A stretch of DNA of 64,000 nt, taken from an uncultured Syntrophorhabdus sp. (GTDB lineage: Bacteria; Desulfobacterota; BSN033; UBA1163). The stretch is from NCBI GenBank assembly GCA_964477935.1, contig CAYZFX010000003.1, positions 48,577 through 112,576 on the forward strand. The letters are read 5' to 3'. This document shows, piece by piece, positions 37,718 through 50,209 of this stretch. The notes beneath the pieces were generated by a model that saw only the letters and a list, made by a program, of their open reading frames with translations, did not search any database and was not told the origin of the DNA. Numbering within the stretch: the stretch's first letter is position 1; every line of letters begins with the position of its first letter. The position numbers and the translations under genes are program-made.

Positions 37718-38815
37718 TTAAAAGAGATACCTTCGCATATTCACGTTATGGAGGAGACCGATTCCGATCAGGGTCGAGAGAAGAAAAGAGCCTCCATAAC
37801 TGAAGAGGGGAAGGGGGATCCCCACCACGGGCATCAACCCCAGAACCATGGCAATATTGATGAAGCAATGCCAGAAGATCATGGAGACCGCCCCAAACGA
37901 AAGGATTGCACCGAATCGGTCTTTCGCGTTCTCGGAGATCCCCAGCCCCTTCATGATCAGTAAGACATAGAGACCCATCACCATGGCGCAGCCGACCAGC
38001 CCCCACTCCTCCCCGAAGGCCGAAAAGATGAAATCGGTGTGCTGCTCAGGAAGGAAACCCAATTTGCACTGAGTTCCCTTCATATAACCTTTCCCGAAGA
38101 GGCCTCCCGATCCGATGGCGATCTTCGACTGGATGAGGTGGTAGCCCGTTCCGAGAGGGTCAAGGTCCGGATTAAGGAACGTGAGGATTCGCTGCCTCTG
38201 ATAATCCTTCAGAAATTGCCAGCCCAGGGGAACCATGGCAAGGCCGATACCAGCGAGCGTAGCCAGGGCGGTCCATCGTACCCCAACATAGACCAGGATG
38301 GACAGAAAGACCAGCAAGAGAAGGATGGCGGTTCCAAGATCGGGCTGTTTCAGGATGAGCAGCATCGGAACAAGCAACAGGAGCAGGGGAAAACCGATCT
38401 GTTTCAATGAATAACCCTCACGGCCTGGATATCTCTGGAAATATTTTGCCAAGGCCAGAATGAGAGAAAGTTTCACGAATTCAGAGGGCTGAAAGGTCAG
38501 CGGGCCAAACCTCACCCACCGCTGCGCCCCTGAGGTGATGATCCCGTAGACCAAGACGAGGATGAGAAGGAGGACGAGAATCCCGTGGACGAGATAGGCG
38601 AAATCGGTAAAGTAACGATATTCGATAAGGGCGATCACCAGCATGGCCCCCAGACCGATGGTCAGCCAGAGGATCTGTTTGAGGTAATAGGGCATGCCAG
38701 TCGTTACTTCGTTTAAAGTGGCGCTGTAGAGATTCAAGATCCCGATCCCTGAGAGGAGCAGGACGATCCCCAAAAGACCCCAATCAAAATGGAGGATGAG
38801 ACGTCGATCAATCAC
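37718..38815 (-). CDS. rodA: Rod shape-determining protein RodA (SEDS family)
   Basis: 365 aa polytopic membrane protein of the FtsW/RodA family. It overlaps mrdA by 8 nt. Confidence 0.85.
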   Translation of the reverse strand: MIDRRLILHFDWGLLGIVLLLSGIGILNLYSATLNEVTTGMPYYLKQILWLTIGLGAMLVIALIEYRYFTDFAYLVHGILVLLLILVLVYGIITSGAQRWVRFGPLTFQPSEFVKLSLILALAKYFQRYPGREGYSLKQIGFPLLLLLVPMLLILKQPDLGTAILLLLVFLSILVYVGVRWTALATLAGIGLAMVPLGWQFLKDYQRQRILTFLNPDLDPLGTGYHLIQSKIAIGSGGLFGKGYMKGTQCKLGFLPEQHTDFIFSAFGEEWGLVGCAMVMGLYVLLIMKGLGISENAKDRFGAILSFGAVSMIFWHCFINIAMVLGLMPVVGIPLPLFSYGGSFLLSTLIGIGLLHNVNMRRYLF

Positions 38816-40673
38816 GAAGGGTATCCGCTGAACCTTCCTCCCCTTTCTGGGGTGGTCCGAGGTCGAGGTTAAAATACCTGGCGATCACCCGTTTGGCAAT
38901 CGGGGCAGCGGCCGCTCCCCCATAGCCTCCGTGCTCGACCAATACGGAGACCGCTATCTGAGGATCTTCGAAGGGGGCATAGGCGACGAACCATGCATGA
39001 TCCCTGAATTTGACCGGCAGCCGGTTCATCTCCCCTCTCTTAAAATCGGAGGCCATTCGAACAACTTGAGCCGTCCCTGTCTTTCCCGCCACCTTCACCT
39101 GCTTCAAGGCCGCCGCCCCTCCGGTGCAACCCGGTTCGTTCACCGCTCCCAACAAGGCCTCCTGAATGATGCGTAGGGTCATTTCGGAGATATTCGCTCT
39201 TCCCTTTTCCTTGGGAGGATAGGCTTTAACCGTCACCCCATAGATGTCCTCAACCCGCTCCACGACCTGGGGAACGTAGAGCTTCCCCCCGTTGGCCACC
39301 GCCGAGATGAGCGAGGCCAGCTGGAGGGGAGTGGTGTTGAGATATCCCTGACCCACTGCGACCGAAAGGGTTTCCCCACTGTACCAGGGCACGCCGAAGC
39401 GTCTCTTCTTCCACGCCGTGGAAGGAACGGTGCCACCCTTTTCATGGGGGAGGTCAATCCCTGTCTTCCTGCCCAGGCCAAGTTCGGCCGCATAATGGGC
39501 AATCGCATCGACGCCGACCTTCAATCCAACCTGATAGAAATAGACATCGCACGAATAGACCAGGGCCTGATGAAGATTTAGTGTTCCGTGCCCCTTCTCC
39601 TTCCAACACCGGAACTCTCGATTTCCGTAAGGGAAGGCACCCGTGCAGGTAATCTGGGTCTGGGGAGTGATGGCACCGGTCTCCAGGCCTGCGATCGCTG
39701 TAACAATCTTGAAGACCGAACCGGGAGGATACTGCCCCTGGATGCCCTTGTTCTGAAGCGGATGGAAGGGATGATCGATCAAGGCCTTCCACTCTTCCGA
39801 AGAAACACCTCTCGCGAAGATCGACGGATCGAAGGAGGGTTGGCTCACCAGGGCGAGGATGCGGCCGGTCTTTGGCTCCATGGCGATGAGCGCACCCATT
39901 TTGTCCTGATAGGCCTCTTCGGCCACCTTTTGGAGGCCAAGGTCGATGGTGAGGACAACATTGCTCCCGGGAAATGGGTCCACGCTTCGGAGGGACTTGA
40001 TCTCTCTTCCCAGGGCATCCACCTCGATCTGCCGGCCCCCGTCCACCCCCTTCAGATAGGTCTCCCATTCGTATTCCACACCGTACTTTCCGATCATGGA
40101 GCCCATGCGATAGGCCTGGCCCCTTCTCTGCTTCAACTCCACCTCGTCCACCTCTCCGATATAGCCTAAAACGTGAGCGGCCAAAGAACCGTAAGGGTAG
40201 GCCCGGGTAGGCCTCACGTCCACGAAGACCCCTGGAAGGTGGACCCGGTTGGTCTCCAGCAGAACCAGCTTCTCCCAATCGACATCCGATCTCACCCTGA
40301 GCGGTCTGAAGGTGGGTTGCCGTTTCAGTTGCTTGAGTCGCTCCCCAATCTCCTCGCTGGAGAGACAGATGATCTCTCCCACTCTTCCCAACACTTCGGG
40401 ATTGGCTCGGATATCCTCAGGGATGATAAAGAGATCGAAGGAGGGCCGATTATGACCCTGCCGATTCCGGTCGAGAATCATTCCACGATCGGCCACCACT
40501 TCTCGGATCCGAATCCGATTGTTTTCCGAGAGCTGCCGGAACTCACTCCCCCTGATCACTTGGAGGTACCAGAGGTAGATAAAAATCAGTAGAAAAGTTC
40601 CCGTAACAATGAATCGGAGATAGCGAACCCTCTTCTGAAATTCCTCCATTCTCTGGGTGTTCAGTTCGATCAT
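38808..40673 (-). CDS. mrdA: Penicillin-binding protein 2 (peptidoglycan D,D-transpeptidase)
   Basis: 621 aa with transpeptidase motifs (SVFK, SCD, KTGT). Confidence 0.85.
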   Translation of the reverse strand: MIELNTQRMEEFQKRVRYLRFIVTGTFLLIFIYLWYLQVIRGSEFRQLSENNRIRIREVVADRGMILDRNRQGHNRPSFDLFIIPEDIRANPEVLGRVGEIICLSSEEIGERLKQLKRQPTFRPLRVRSDVDWEKLVLLETNRVHLPGVFVDVRPTRAYPYGSLAAHVLGYIGEVDEVELKQRRGQAYRMGSMIGKYGVEYEWETYLKGVDGGRQIEVDALGREIKSLRSVDPFPGSNVVLTIDLGLQKVAEEAYQDKMGALIAMEPKTGRILALVSQPSFDPSIFARGVSSEEWKALIDHPFHPLQNKGIQGQYPPGSVFKIVTAIAGLETGAITPQTQITCTGAFPYGNREFRCWKEKGHGTLNLHQALVYSCDVYFYQVGLKVGVDAIAHYAAELGLGRKTGIDLPHEKGGTVPSTAWKKRRFGVPWYSGETLSVAVGQGYLNTTPLQLASLISAVANGGKLYVPQVVERVEDIYGVTVKAYPPKEKGRANISEMTLRIIQEALLGAVNEPGCTGGAAALKQVKVAGKTGTAQVVRMASDFKRGEMNRLPVKFRDHAWFVAYAPFEDPQIAVSVLVEHGGYGGAAAAPIAKRVIARYFNLDLGPPQKGEEGSADTLRD

Positions 40674-40676
40674 CGC

Positions 40677-41207
40677 CTACCCCTTGCCTCCTGCCCCTGC
40701 CTTGGGAAGGGCAACAGGGTGTCCGAGTAACTCCCTCCCCCCTAAGAGAAAGAAAAGGAAGGGAGAGAGAAGGGCGGAGACGACACAATGGGGAAGAAAA
40801 GGATAAAAAAATTGCCGGAAGAAGTCGGAGGAGGCTTCAGGAACAAGGGCTTTAAGAAGAAGGAAGAGCAGAGGTCCTTCAGAGAGAGATACGAGAAAAA
40901 CGAAGAGGAATCTCGCAGGGAAACCTTCGAGATAGAGGTGCCTTTTAAAAAACTGGGTCCCGAGAAATAGGAGGAGTCGGCTCAGCGTAAAGAGCCCCAG
41001 ACCATTCCCCGAGTAAAGGTCCATCAAATATCCCAAAAAGAGGGCCAGGATCCCTCCGGAAAAGAGGGGAAAGGTGAGGCCCACGTAGAGGGTCAACAGC
41101 AGGACGATATCCGGTCGGATCCACCGGAGATAGGGGAGGGTGAGCCAGGAGGCCTGTAATGTGATGGACAGAAGCCCTAAGAGGACGGGAAGAAAGAAGC
41201 GTTTCAT
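40677..41207 (-). CDS. mreD: Rod shape-determining protein MreD
   Basis: 176 aa hydrophobic protein located between mreC and mrdA. Confidence 0.6.
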   Translation of the reverse strand: MKRFFLPVLLGLLSITLQASWLTLPYLRWIRPDIVLLLTLYVGLTFPLFSGGILALFLGYLMDLYSGNGLGLFTLSRLLLFLGTQFFKRHLYLEGFPARFLFVFLVSLSEGPLLFLLLKALVPEASSDFFRQFFYPFLPHCVVSALLSPFLFFLLGGRELLGHPVALPKAGAGGKG

Positions 41208-42124
41208 CTGCCTTTTTCTGTCTTTTTAGACCTTTTCTCCGACCTTCCTTCTCCAAGAGTTTGGGGGCTTCTCCCCTTTTTCGGTCTCTCTTCAACCGGA
41301 GGAGGAGATTCTTGAACCACCAGGACCTCCTCCAGCCTCGTAAAATCCACACTGGGAATGAGTTCAGCATATTGAAAGATGCCGTGTCCCCTTTGATCCA
41401 CCTTCCTGATCTCTCCGATCATGACCCCTTTGGGGAAATTTCCAGCCAGGCCGGAAGTCACGACCCGATCTCCAATCACGACATCCTCCGTGCGAAGAAG
41501 GTATTTCAACTGGCATCGGTTCTCTCCCCCCCCTTCCACAATGGCCTTTGCCCTGGTCCTCTGGATGATGGAATCCACCGCACTATTGTAATCCGTAATG
41601 AGGAGGACAACGGAATACGAGGGCCCGACCTTGAGGATCTGCCCGACCACCCCTTCCGGAGAGATCACCGCCATCCCTCTCCGAACCCCCTCCTTCTCCC
41701 CTTTATTGATGGTCAGGCTTTTGAACCAGGAGGTGGGATCCCGGCCGATGACTTCTGCCACAAGGGCTTTGACAGGGTTTGCCTCTCGAAACTGGAGGAG
41801 GTTCCTGAGCCGTTCGAGCGACAGGAGCATCTCTCTCATCTGATCGTTCTCCCTCTGCAGTTCGGCCAGCTTCTTCTTCAGCTCCTCGTTCTCCTTTTGA
41901 ACGTGGACCAGATAAAGATACCCCTTCCAGAGGTTCCCCAACTTCATGTAGACGGAAGTGGCTCCCCTCTGGAGGGGGGCGGTCACCTCCAGGAAGAGGG
42001 CATCGAGAAAAATAACCCCTGGATGTCCCTTCACCCTCAGGGAGACCAGAATCAATGGAATGAAGAGAAGAAAGATAAGGGCGGGTAAGATGGATCTTCG
42101 AAAGAGGAAGTTTCGGATCCTCAT
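41204..42124 (-). CDS. mreC: Rod shape-determining protein MreC
   Basis: 306 aa with an N-terminal TM segment, a coiled coil and MreC beta-domains. Confidence 0.8.
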   Translation of the reverse strand: MRIRNFLFRRSILPALIFLLFIPLILVSLRVKGHPGVIFLDALFLEVTAPLQRGATSVYMKLGNLWKGYLYLVHVQKENEELKKKLAELQRENDQMREMLLSLERLRNLLQFREANPVKALVAEVIGRDPTSWFKSLTINKGEKEGVRRGMAVISPEGVVGQILKVGPSYSVVLLITDYNSAVDSIIQRTRAKAIVEGGGENRCQLKYLLRTEDVVIGDRVVTSGLAGNFPKGVMIGEIRKVDQRGHGIFQYAELIPSVDFTRLEEVLVVQESPPPVEERPKKGRSPQTLGEGRSEKRSKKTEKGR

Positions 42125-42142
42125 CGATCTCTGTCACGAAAC

Positions 42143-43324
<1,182 letters not shown>

Positions 43325-43329
43325 TCAAG

Positions 43330-45231
43330 ATGTTAACGATCCTGAGGAAACATGCCACCTCCTGGATGCTCAGAGGGCTTCTCCTCCTGGTGGCGGTCAC
43401 GTTCATCTCCTGGGGAGGATACTCCTTCTTTCGTGAAAAAACGGAGGACTACGCCGCCCGGGTGAACCAGACTCCCATCTCCCTCCGGGAGTATCAGGAG
43501 ACGCTTCAGGAGGTGCTCAACCGCTATCGCGAGGCCATGGGATCTGCCTTCAACGAGAAAATGGTCGAAACCTTGCGCCTCAGAGAGATGGTGTTAGAGG
43601 AGCTCATCTCCAGGACCCTGATTCTCGAAGAGGGAAAGCGCCTGGGATTAAAGGTCTCCGATGGGGAATTGAGAATGGCTATCGAAGCGATCCCCTCCTT
43701 TCAGATCAACGGCCAGTTCGACGCCCGCCTCTACGAGAGATTCCTGCGGATCAACAGGATGACGGCTGAAGAATTTGAGCGGAGGCAGAGGGAATCCCTT
43801 CTCTATGCGAAGGTGGTCAATCTCATCCGGCTCAATGGCGGAATGGTTTCAGAGGATGAAATCCTCGAGACCTACCTCTTCGAAAATGAGAAGGTGAATC
43901 TCCTCTTCGTGAAGGTCGCTCCCGAATCGCTCCGGGATCAGGTGAACGCCAACGAGGTGGAGATCAAGGACTATTTTCAAAAGCATCCGGAGGAGTTCAG
44001 AATCCCCACCTATCTCCAGGTTCAATATCTAGCCTTTCGACCATCGGATGAGGAGGCCAAGGTTCGGATCTCCGCCGAGGAAATCCAGCGTTTCTATGAC
44101 CAGCGCAAAGAGGCCTTTAAGACGCCGAAACAGGTCAGAGCAAGGGAAATCCTCATCCGGGTCGACCCTCAATCCCAACCGGAGGTAATCGAGCAGAAGA
44201 GGAAGAAGGTGGAGGAGATTCTTGCGTTGGCCAGGAAGAGAAAGGACTTTGGCTTACTGGCGAGAGAGCATTCCGAATCGGAAACGGCTTCGAGGTCAGG
44301 CGATCTCGGCTGGCTTCCCCCGGGAAGCTTGGAGGAGCCCCTTGAGAAAACCCTCTTCGCTCTCAAGGCAGGCGAAGTGAGCGATCCGGTCCGAGGGAAG
44401 GCCGGGTTCTATCTCTTTAAAGTGGAGGAGGTGAGAGAGGAGAGGCAGAAGCCCCTTGAGGAGGTGAGAGACCAGATCCTCCAGACCCTCAAACGGGAGA
44501 AGGCCAGGGCAGAGGCCTCCCGGAGGGCGGACGAGGCCTTCTACGCCCTCTTCCGGAGCAGGGAACTGGAGAGGTATGCCGGTGAGAAGGGGGTGCCGAT
44601 CAGGACCACCGGTTTTTTTAAGGAGGGGGATGAGATCCCAGAAATTGGAAACCATCCCTCCTTCCATACCAGCGCCTCTTCACTCAAAATAGGAGAGATC
44701 TCTCCCGTGGTGAACATTCCGCCCAACTTTTATATCCTGAAGCTGGTGGACAGAAAGGAATCCAGAATCCCTTCCCTCGAAGAAGTCAAGGAACAGATCC
44801 TTCAGAAAGTCCTCGCCAAGAAGATGGATGAGAAGGCCCGGGGCTTGGCCGAGGAGATGCTCCAACAGATGAAAAGCGGAAGGGAGATGAGTCGGGTGGC
44901 GGCTGAAAAACGATTTAAGGTTGAAGAGACCGGACCGTTCCTGCGGGGAAGTGGTTTCATCCCCAGGATCGGACCCGTCGGGGAATGGAGCCCTTCCCTC
45001 GCCTCCCTCACCGAAAGTAAGCCCTTCCCCGAGGCTCCCCTCAAAACAAAGGAAGGCTACTTCGTGGTGAGGCTTCTCAGCTCCGAGCCCGCCGATCGAG
45101 CCAAATTCGAATCGATCAAGAAGGGTCTCGAAAGAAGGTTAATCTACCAAAAGCAAGAGGAATGCTTCAGGAACTGGCTCAACCAGCTTCGAACAAAGGC
45201 CAAGATCGAAATCAATAAAGAGCTTCTCTGA
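43330..45231 (+). CDS. ppiD: Periplasmic chaperone / peptidyl-prolyl isomerase PpiD (SurA-like)
   Basis: 633 aa with an N-terminal TM anchor, a SurA-like chaperone domain and a PpiC-type rotamase domain ([11 protein letters not shown]). Confidence 0.7.
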   Translation: MLTILRKHATSWMLRGLLLLVAVTFISWGGYSFFREKTEDYAARVNQTPISLREYQETLQEVLNRYREAMGSAFNEKMVETLRLREMVLEELISRTLILEEGKRLGLKVSDGELRMAIEAIPSFQINGQFDARLYERFLRINRMTAEEFERRQRESLLYAKVVNLIRLNGGMVSEDEILETYLFENEKVNLLFVKVAPESLRDQVNANEVEIKDYFQKHPEEFRIPTYLQVQYLAFRPSDEEAKVRISAEEIQRFYDQRKEAFKTPKQVRAREILIRVDPQSQPEVIEQKRKKVEEILALARKRKDFGLLAREHSESETASRSGDLGWLPPGSLEEPLEKTLFALKAGEVSDPVRGKAGFYLFKVEEVREERQKPLEEVRDQILQTLKREKARAEASRRADEAFYALFRSRELERYAGEKGVPIRTTGFFKEGDEIPEIGNHPSFHTSASSLKIGEISPVVNIPPNFYILKLVDRKESRIPSLEEVKEQILQKVLAKKMDEKARGLAEEMLQQMKSGREMSRVAAEKRFKVEETGPFLRGSGFIPRIGPVGEWSPSLASLTESKPFPEAPLKTKEGYFVVRLLSSEPADRAKFESIKKGLERRLIYQKQEECFRNWLNQLRTKAKIEINKELL

Positions 45232-45311
45232 TCGGTTCTTTCGATGCCCCCCAAGAGATTTTCTCCCTTTCTCTGTTGGAGCATGACGCCCCAAGAGGGG
45301 GAAAGGCGAAG

Positions 45312-46292
45312 ATGAGGAGTTTAACCCAAACTCGGATCCTGGTGACGGGCGGAGCGGGTTTCCTGGGTTCCCATCTCTGCGAGCGTCTCCTCGGAGAAGG
45401 CCACGATGTCCTCTGTGTGGACAACTTCTATACGGGGACGAAGAGGAATATTGCCCATCTTCTCGACCATCCCTACTTCGAACTGCTCCGCCATGACATC
45501 ACCTTCCCCCTCTATGTCGAGGTCGACCAGATCTACAATCTGGCCTGTCCTGCATCCCCCATCCATTATCAATATGACCCGGTTCAGACGACCAAGGTCA
45601 ATGTCCACGGCTCGATCAACATGCTGGGCCTGGCCAAACGATTGAGGGCGAAAATCCTCCAGGCCTCCACCTCTGAAGTCTATGGAGATCCTACCATCCA
45701 TCCGCAACCTGAGCACTACTGGGGCAATGTTAACTGCATCGGACCCCGGTCCTGCTACGACGAGGGCAAGCGATGTGCCGAAACCCTCTTTTTCGATTAC
45801 CACCGTCAGCATGGGATTAAGATCAAAGTCGCCCGGATCTTCAATACCTATGGCCCTCGCATGCATCCCGAGGACGGTCGGGTCATCTCCAATTTCATCC
45901 TTCAGGCCCTCCGGGATGAACCGATCACCATCTATGGGGACGGCTCCCAGACCCGTTCCTTCTGCTATGTGGACGACATGATCGAGGCCTTGGTCCGGTT
46001 GATGGAGACCCCGGACGATTTCACCGGGCCGGTCAACCTCGGAAATCCCGAGGAGGCCTCCATCCTCGAACTGGCGGAGAAGATCATCGCATTGACAGGC
46101 TCGAAATCGGAGATGGTCTTCAAGCCCCTTCCGCCGGACGACCCCAAACAGCGTCGCCCCCTCATCGACCTGGCAAAGGAGAAGCTGGGATGGGTCCCCA
46201 GGATCTCCTTAGAAGAAGGGCTGAAAAGAACGATCGCCTATTTTGAAGAGATGCTCCGGAAGGGAGATCTCAAAAAGGGGAGATGGGTTTAG
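45312..46292 (+). CDS. UDP-glucuronate decarboxylase (UDP-xylose synthase), SDR family
   Basis: NAD-binding [10 protein letters not shown] and the YxxxK catalytic motif. It is highly similar in pattern to UXS enzymes. Confidence 0.8.
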   Translation: MRSLTQTRILVTGGAGFLGSHLCERLLGEGHDVLCVDNFYTGTKRNIAHLLDHPYFELLRHDITFPLYVEVDQIYNLACPASPIHYQYDPVQTTKVNVHGSINMLGLAKRLRAKILQASTSEVYGDPTIHPQPEHYWGNVNCIGPRSCYDEGKRCAETLFFDYHRQHGIKIKVARIFNTYGPRMHPEDGRVISNFILQALRDEPITIYGDGSQTRSFCYVDDMIEALVRLMETPDDFTGPVNLGNPEEASILELAEKIIALTGSKSEMVFKPLPPDDPKQRRPLIDLAKEKLGWVPRISLEEGLKRTIAYFEEMLRKGDLKKGRWV

Positions 46293-47332
46293 GATCTTCT
46301 CCGGGTGGGGAAGGAGAGCTGCCTTTCGGATTCCGGGTAGGGGATCCCGAAATGTTCGTAGGCCCGCTCCGTGGCCCTCCTTCCGTTCTGCGTCCTCGTG
46401 ACCAAACCGATCTTCAAGAGAAAAGGCTCCACCATATCCACGAGGGTATCGGTCTCCTCCTGAAGGGTGGCGGCGATCGCCTCCATTCCCACAGGCCCTC
46501 CTTTATAATACCGGATGATCGTCTCGAGGAACCTCCGGTCAAGGCTCGTGAGGCCCATCTCGTCCACGCCTTCGAGGCGGAGCGCCTCATCGGTGATCGC
46601 TTTGGTGATCCTGCCCTGACCTCGGATTTCGGCATAATCCCTCACTCGCTTGAGGAGGCGGTTCGAAATCCTGGGGGTGCCTCTCGAACGTCTGGCAATC
46701 TCCTCCGTCCCCTCCTGATCGATGGGCACACCCAAGAGGGCCGCTGATCGTTTGACGATCTGACTCAACTCCTCCACCGTGTAGAAGTCGAGGCTCCTTA
46801 AGATCCCGAACCGCTCCCGGAGCGGGGCCGACAGCAGTCCTGCCCGTGTCGTGGCGCCCACGAGCGTGAACCGCTCGAGTCGATATCGGTGGCTTCGGGC
46901 ATGGGCGCCTCGATCGAAAATGAAATCGATGCAGAAATCCTCCATGGCCGGGTAGAGAAACTCCTCCACGACCTTCGGAAGGCGGTGGATCTCATCGATG
47001 AAGAGCACATCCCCTTTCTCGAGATGGGTGAGGATGCTGATGAGGTCTCCACCTTTTTCGATGGCAGGACCCGAAGAGGTGACGATCTGGACCCCCATCT
47101 CTGTGGCAATGATGTGGGCAAGGGTCGTCTTCCCCAGCCCTGGAGGAGACTGAAACAGGATGTGATCGAGGGGCTCGCCTCTCCGCTTCGCCGCCGCGAT
47201 GGCGATCTCAAGGGTCTCGACCACCTGTCTCTGGCCGATATATTCGGAGAGCCTTCTGGGCCGGAGGTCCTGGAACTCCTCTTCTTTTGGGTTGGCCGGA
47301 TTCGACTTCGTCTCTCTTTCAGCCTTCTTCAT
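46289..47332 (-). CDS. ruvB: Holliday junction helicase RuvB
   Basis: 347 aa AAA+ protein ([11 protein letters not shown]) of the RuvB family. Confidence 0.9.
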   Translation of the reverse strand: MKKAERETKSNPANPKEEEFQDLRPRRLSEYIGQRQVVETLEIAIAAAKRRGEPLDHILFQSPPGLGKTTLAHIIATEMGVQIVTSSGPAIEKGGDLISILTHLEKGDVLFIDEIHRLPKVVEEFLYPAMEDFCIDFIFDRGAHARSHRYRLERFTLVGATTRAGLLSAPLRERFGILRSLDFYTVEELSQIVKRSAALLGVPIDQEGTEEIARRSRGTPRISNRLLKRVRDYAEIRGQGRITKAITDEALRLEGVDEMGLTSLDRRFLETIIRYYKGGPVGMEAIAATLQEETDTLVDMVEPFLLKIGLVTRTQNGRRATERAYEHFGIPYPESERQLSFPTRRRS

Positions 47333-47344
47333 TCATCCTGCCTT

Positions 47345-47974
47345 CTATGACGGATTCCCTCTCTGGCCCCGATAGACCTCCTCGAAGAGCTCTTCGGGCG
47401 AGGAGATATTGGGGTTCCTCTTCAGGGCTTCCTGGACCAGCCTCTGGGCCTCGCTCACCTTGTGTCCGAGGTCCTTGACCAGAACCTCCTCCACCTGCCT
47501 CTTGAAGTCCACCACCTCGTCCATCGGAATCTGGTCCTCCCTCATCAAGGCAAATTTTCCAACCTTTCCCTGAAGGGTGGCGATGATCTTATCGGCAGTC
47601 CGCTTTCCGATGCCCCGTAGGCTTTCGAGGGTCTTTGAATCCCTCTCCTCGATGGCCCTTGCAATTTTGGGAATGGGCTGGATCAGGGCTTTGACCGCGG
47701 TGAGGGGGCCGATATCCTCTACCGTGATGAACTTTTCGAAGAACTCCTTCTCCGGTTCATAGTTGAACCCGATGAGTACCGGCTTGGGTTGCCTCTCGGT
47801 CTGTTGATAATGGATGAAGAGCTTAACGATCTCTCCATCCTCGCCAGCCTTTTTAGAGTTGAAAGTCTTCCGGACAATCGCCGGCAAGAGGACCTCGTAA
47901 CCGACGCCGTTGGCGAGGACGACCACACGATCCTCCTCTTTTTTCAACAACTTCCCCTCAATGTAACGAATCAT
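47345..47974 (-). CDS. ruvA: Holliday junction DNA helicase RuvA
   Basis: 209 aa with the RuvA N-terminus MIRYIEGKL and an HhH motif. Confidence 0.85.
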   Translation of the reverse strand: MIRYIEGKLLKKEEDRVVVLANGVGYEVLLPAIVRKTFNSKKAGEDGEIVKLFIHYQQTERQPKPVLIGFNYEPEKEFFEKFITVEDIGPLTAVKALIQPIPKIARAIEERDSKTLESLRGIGKRTADKIIATLQGKVGKFALMREDQIPMDEVVDFKRQVEEVLVKDLGHKVSEAQRLVQEALKRNPNISSPEELFEEVYRGQRGNPS

Positions 47975-48041
47975 CCCCTCTATCCTGTCATCCGAATCTT
48001 GAGGATCGAAAGAGATCCAACGCGTTCAACGAAAGGGACCT

Positions 48042-48527
48042 CTACCATCGGAAATGCCTGCTCCGGGAAAGACCGGTCAGGGCAAGGGCCAACGCATCGC
48101 CTGCATGGCTCGATTTAATGGGCCCTTCGATCTTGAGGAGTTGTCGGATGGCTCTCTCCATCTGCCTCTTGTCGGCGCGTCCGCTTCCGGTGAGGGCGCT
48201 CTTCACCTCTGTGGGTTTGATCCCGACCACCGGAACGTTCCTCTCTTGGGCGGCGAGAGAGATCACCCCCCTGACCTCCCCCAGATGGATGGCCGCTTTT
48301 GGAAATTCTCTGAGCACGAAGACCTCTTCCATGGCCAGAAGGTCCGGCTTCCACTCTTCGAGAAGGCCTTTAATCCCATCATAGATGGTCTTCAAGCGGA
48401 AGGGCAGGGAGTGGTGTGATCCGGTCCGGATCGTCCCCCAATCGCAGGCTCTCCCTCCCCGTGAAAGGGCTTCGACGATCCCAAACCCGGTCATGGACAG
48501 GCCTGGGTCGATGCCAATCGCCTTCAA
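48042..48527 (-). CDS. ruvC: Holliday junction resolvase RuvC
   Basis: 161 aa with the RuvC N-terminus (AIGIDPGLSMTGFGI). Confidence 0.85.
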   Translation of the reverse strand: MKAIGIDPGLSMTGFGIVEALSRGGRACDWGTIRTGSHHSLPFRLKTIYDGIKGLLEEWKPDLLAMEEVFVLREFPKAAIHLGEVRGVISLAAQERNVPVVGIKPTEVKSALTGSGRADKRQMERAIRQLLKIEGPIKSSHAGDALALALTGLSRSRHFRW

Positions 48528-48546
48528 GCCATCCTCCCTCAGGTGT

Positions 48547-48584
48547 AAAAAAAGCCACCTATCTCAATCCTGGGATATGGTGGC
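48547..48584 (-). terminator. Rho-independent terminator after yebC
   Basis: On the minus strand a GC-rich stem (GCCACC...GGUGGC) is followed by UUUUUUU, immediately downstream of the yebC stop. Confidence 0.6.
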
Positions 48585-48611
48585 TTTGGCCTCGAAAATT
48601 CTTCGGCGGAA

Positions 48612-49385
48612 TTAAGCACTGAGCCGTTCCATCTCCTCGTCGGCAATGTCGAAATTGGCGTAGACCTTCTGGACGTCATCTGAATCTTCAAGCCCCTCCA
48701 TAAGCTTGAGCATCTGTTCGGCATCCTTCCCAGTGAGACGAACGGTGGATTGAGGGACCATCGTCACCTCGGCATAGCTGGATTTGAAACCCGCCTCTTC
48801 AAGGGCTCTCTTCACACCCTCCAGCTGGGCAGGAGGGACCGTCACCTCGAATTCCCTCCCGGTGTCCTTCACGTCGATCGCTCCGGAGTCGAGGGCCACC
48901 TCGATCAGCCGGTCCTCCTCGACCCCTGCCTTGTCCACCAGAATCAATCCCTTCTTCTCGAACATCCAGGAGACGCATCCGGTTTCGCCGAGGCTTCCAT
49001 TATATTTCGAAAAGATGTGTCTCACCTCCGCAACGGTCCGGTTTTTGTTATCCGTCAAGACCTCAAGCAGCATCGCCACCCCACCAGGACCGTAGCCCTC
49101 GTAGGTCAGGGTTTCATAATGGGTCCCTTCCAGTTCCCCGGTCCCTTTCTTAATCGCCCTCTCGATATTCTCTTTCGGCATGTTTTCTGCTTTGGCGGCC
49201 AGGACCGCGGCTCTCAGCCTCGGATTGGCATTGATATCCCCTCCACCCACGCGGGCGGCGACCATGATCTCCCGGATGAGCTTTGTGAAGAGCTTTCCCC
49301 GTTTGGCATCGGCCGCCCCTTTCTTCCGTTTGATGGTGCTCCATTTGGAATGTCCGGACATCGCTTCTCTCTCGATGATGGCCAA
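48612..49385 (-). CDS. yebC: YebC/PmpR family DNA-binding transcriptional regulator
   Basis: 257 aa with the YebC family N-terminus ([14 protein letters not shown]). Confidence 0.85.
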   Translation of the reverse strand: MAIIEREAMSGHSKWSTIKRKKGAADAKRGKLFTKLIREIMVAARVGGGDINANPRLRAAVLAAKAENMPKENIERAIKKGTGELEGTHYETLTYEGYGPGGVAMLLEVLTDNKNRTVAEVRHIFSKYNGSLGETGCVSWMFEKKGLILVDKAGVEEDRLIEVALDSGAIDVKDTGREFEVTVPPAQLEGVKRALEEAGFKSSYAEVTMVPQSTVRLTGKDAEQMLKLMEGLEDSDDVQKVYANFDIADEEMERLSA

Positions 49386-49391
49386 TAAGGA

Positions 49392-49466
49392 TGGTGGGCG
49401 CTAGAGGATTTGAACCTCTGACTTCCTGCGTGTGAAGCAGGCGTTCTCCCCCTGAACTAAGCGCCC
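49392..49466 (-). tRNA. tRNA-Val (anticodon CAC)
   Basis: GGGCGCUUAGUUCAG..., anticodon loop UUCACAC, T-loop GGUUCAAAUCC and an encoded CCA. Confidence 0.85.
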
Positions 49467-49525
49467 TGTGGCAGAATTATTATAGAACCGGTCCAAAAAG
49501 TCAACACCCTCTCCGAAGCATAGGG

Positions 49526-49999
49526 TCATCGTCCTAAATACCGTTCGAGGAGCATCCACTGGAGGGTATCGATCGGCCGTTTCGCCCCTTTCTCCTTCTG
49601 TAAGGCCCGAATCCCGCAGAGAATGCAGACGACAAGGGAGTCGGACCGTTCAAAGGATTTCATCCCCTTCATCGAAGGGTCTCCCAATAGCCTCGTCCTC
49701 ATCTCCTTCACAAACCGATAAAGGTCACGAAAAACGGGCAACAGGGGGGAATCCTCTGTCTTCACGAGTTTTGGGTCGAGATGCCTTCGAATCCCTTTCT
49801 CAAGGACTTCTGACCAGTTCGACAACCTTTCCTCGTCGATCTCCCGCCTGAGGATCTCCAGGATGTCGGTATGCTCGATATTCCATGAGGTGAGCTCATC
49901 CATCTGCTGGTCATAAGTCAGGTCCTCTCTTTTAGGGGGATGCTCTTTCCCGTCTCTCCTCCCCGATCCCCCACCTTTTATGAGCTCGAAGAGCTTCAA
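49526..49999 (-). CDS. Hypothetical protein
   Basis: 157 aa ORF with no recognisable family. Confidence 0.3.
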   Translation of the reverse strand: MKLFELIKGGGSGRRDGKEHPPKREDLTYDQQMDELTSWNIEHTDILEILRREIDEERLSNWSEVLEKGIRRHLDPKLVKTEDSPLLPVFRDLYRFVKEMRTRLLGDPSMKGMKSFERSDSLVVCILCGIRALQKEKGAKRPIDTLQWMLLERYLGR

Positions 50000-50117
50000 A
50001 ACCGACCTCCCTCTCAGGCGCTTGTCTTATGAGATAAGATATTTTATATTGGATGGCTTCGACTTTGTCAAATGGAAAGGTCTTTTACAGAATCAACCCG
50101 ATCCTTTTAAAAAAGGG

Positions 50118-50145
50118 TTGACAATCCCATGGGGAAACATATAAT
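50118..50145 (+). promoter_or_regulatory. Near-consensus sigma70 promoter TTGACA-N16-TATAAT for the branched-chain amino acid ABC transporter operon
   Basis: -35 at 50118-50123 and -10 at 50140-50145, about 60 nt upstream of the first gene. Confidence 0.55.
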
Positions 50146-50209
50146 AACAACACTTCTCGGAGAAGAACCTTTTGATCTAAAAAATTTCCTGCACCTCGGG
50201 TGAAGTTTC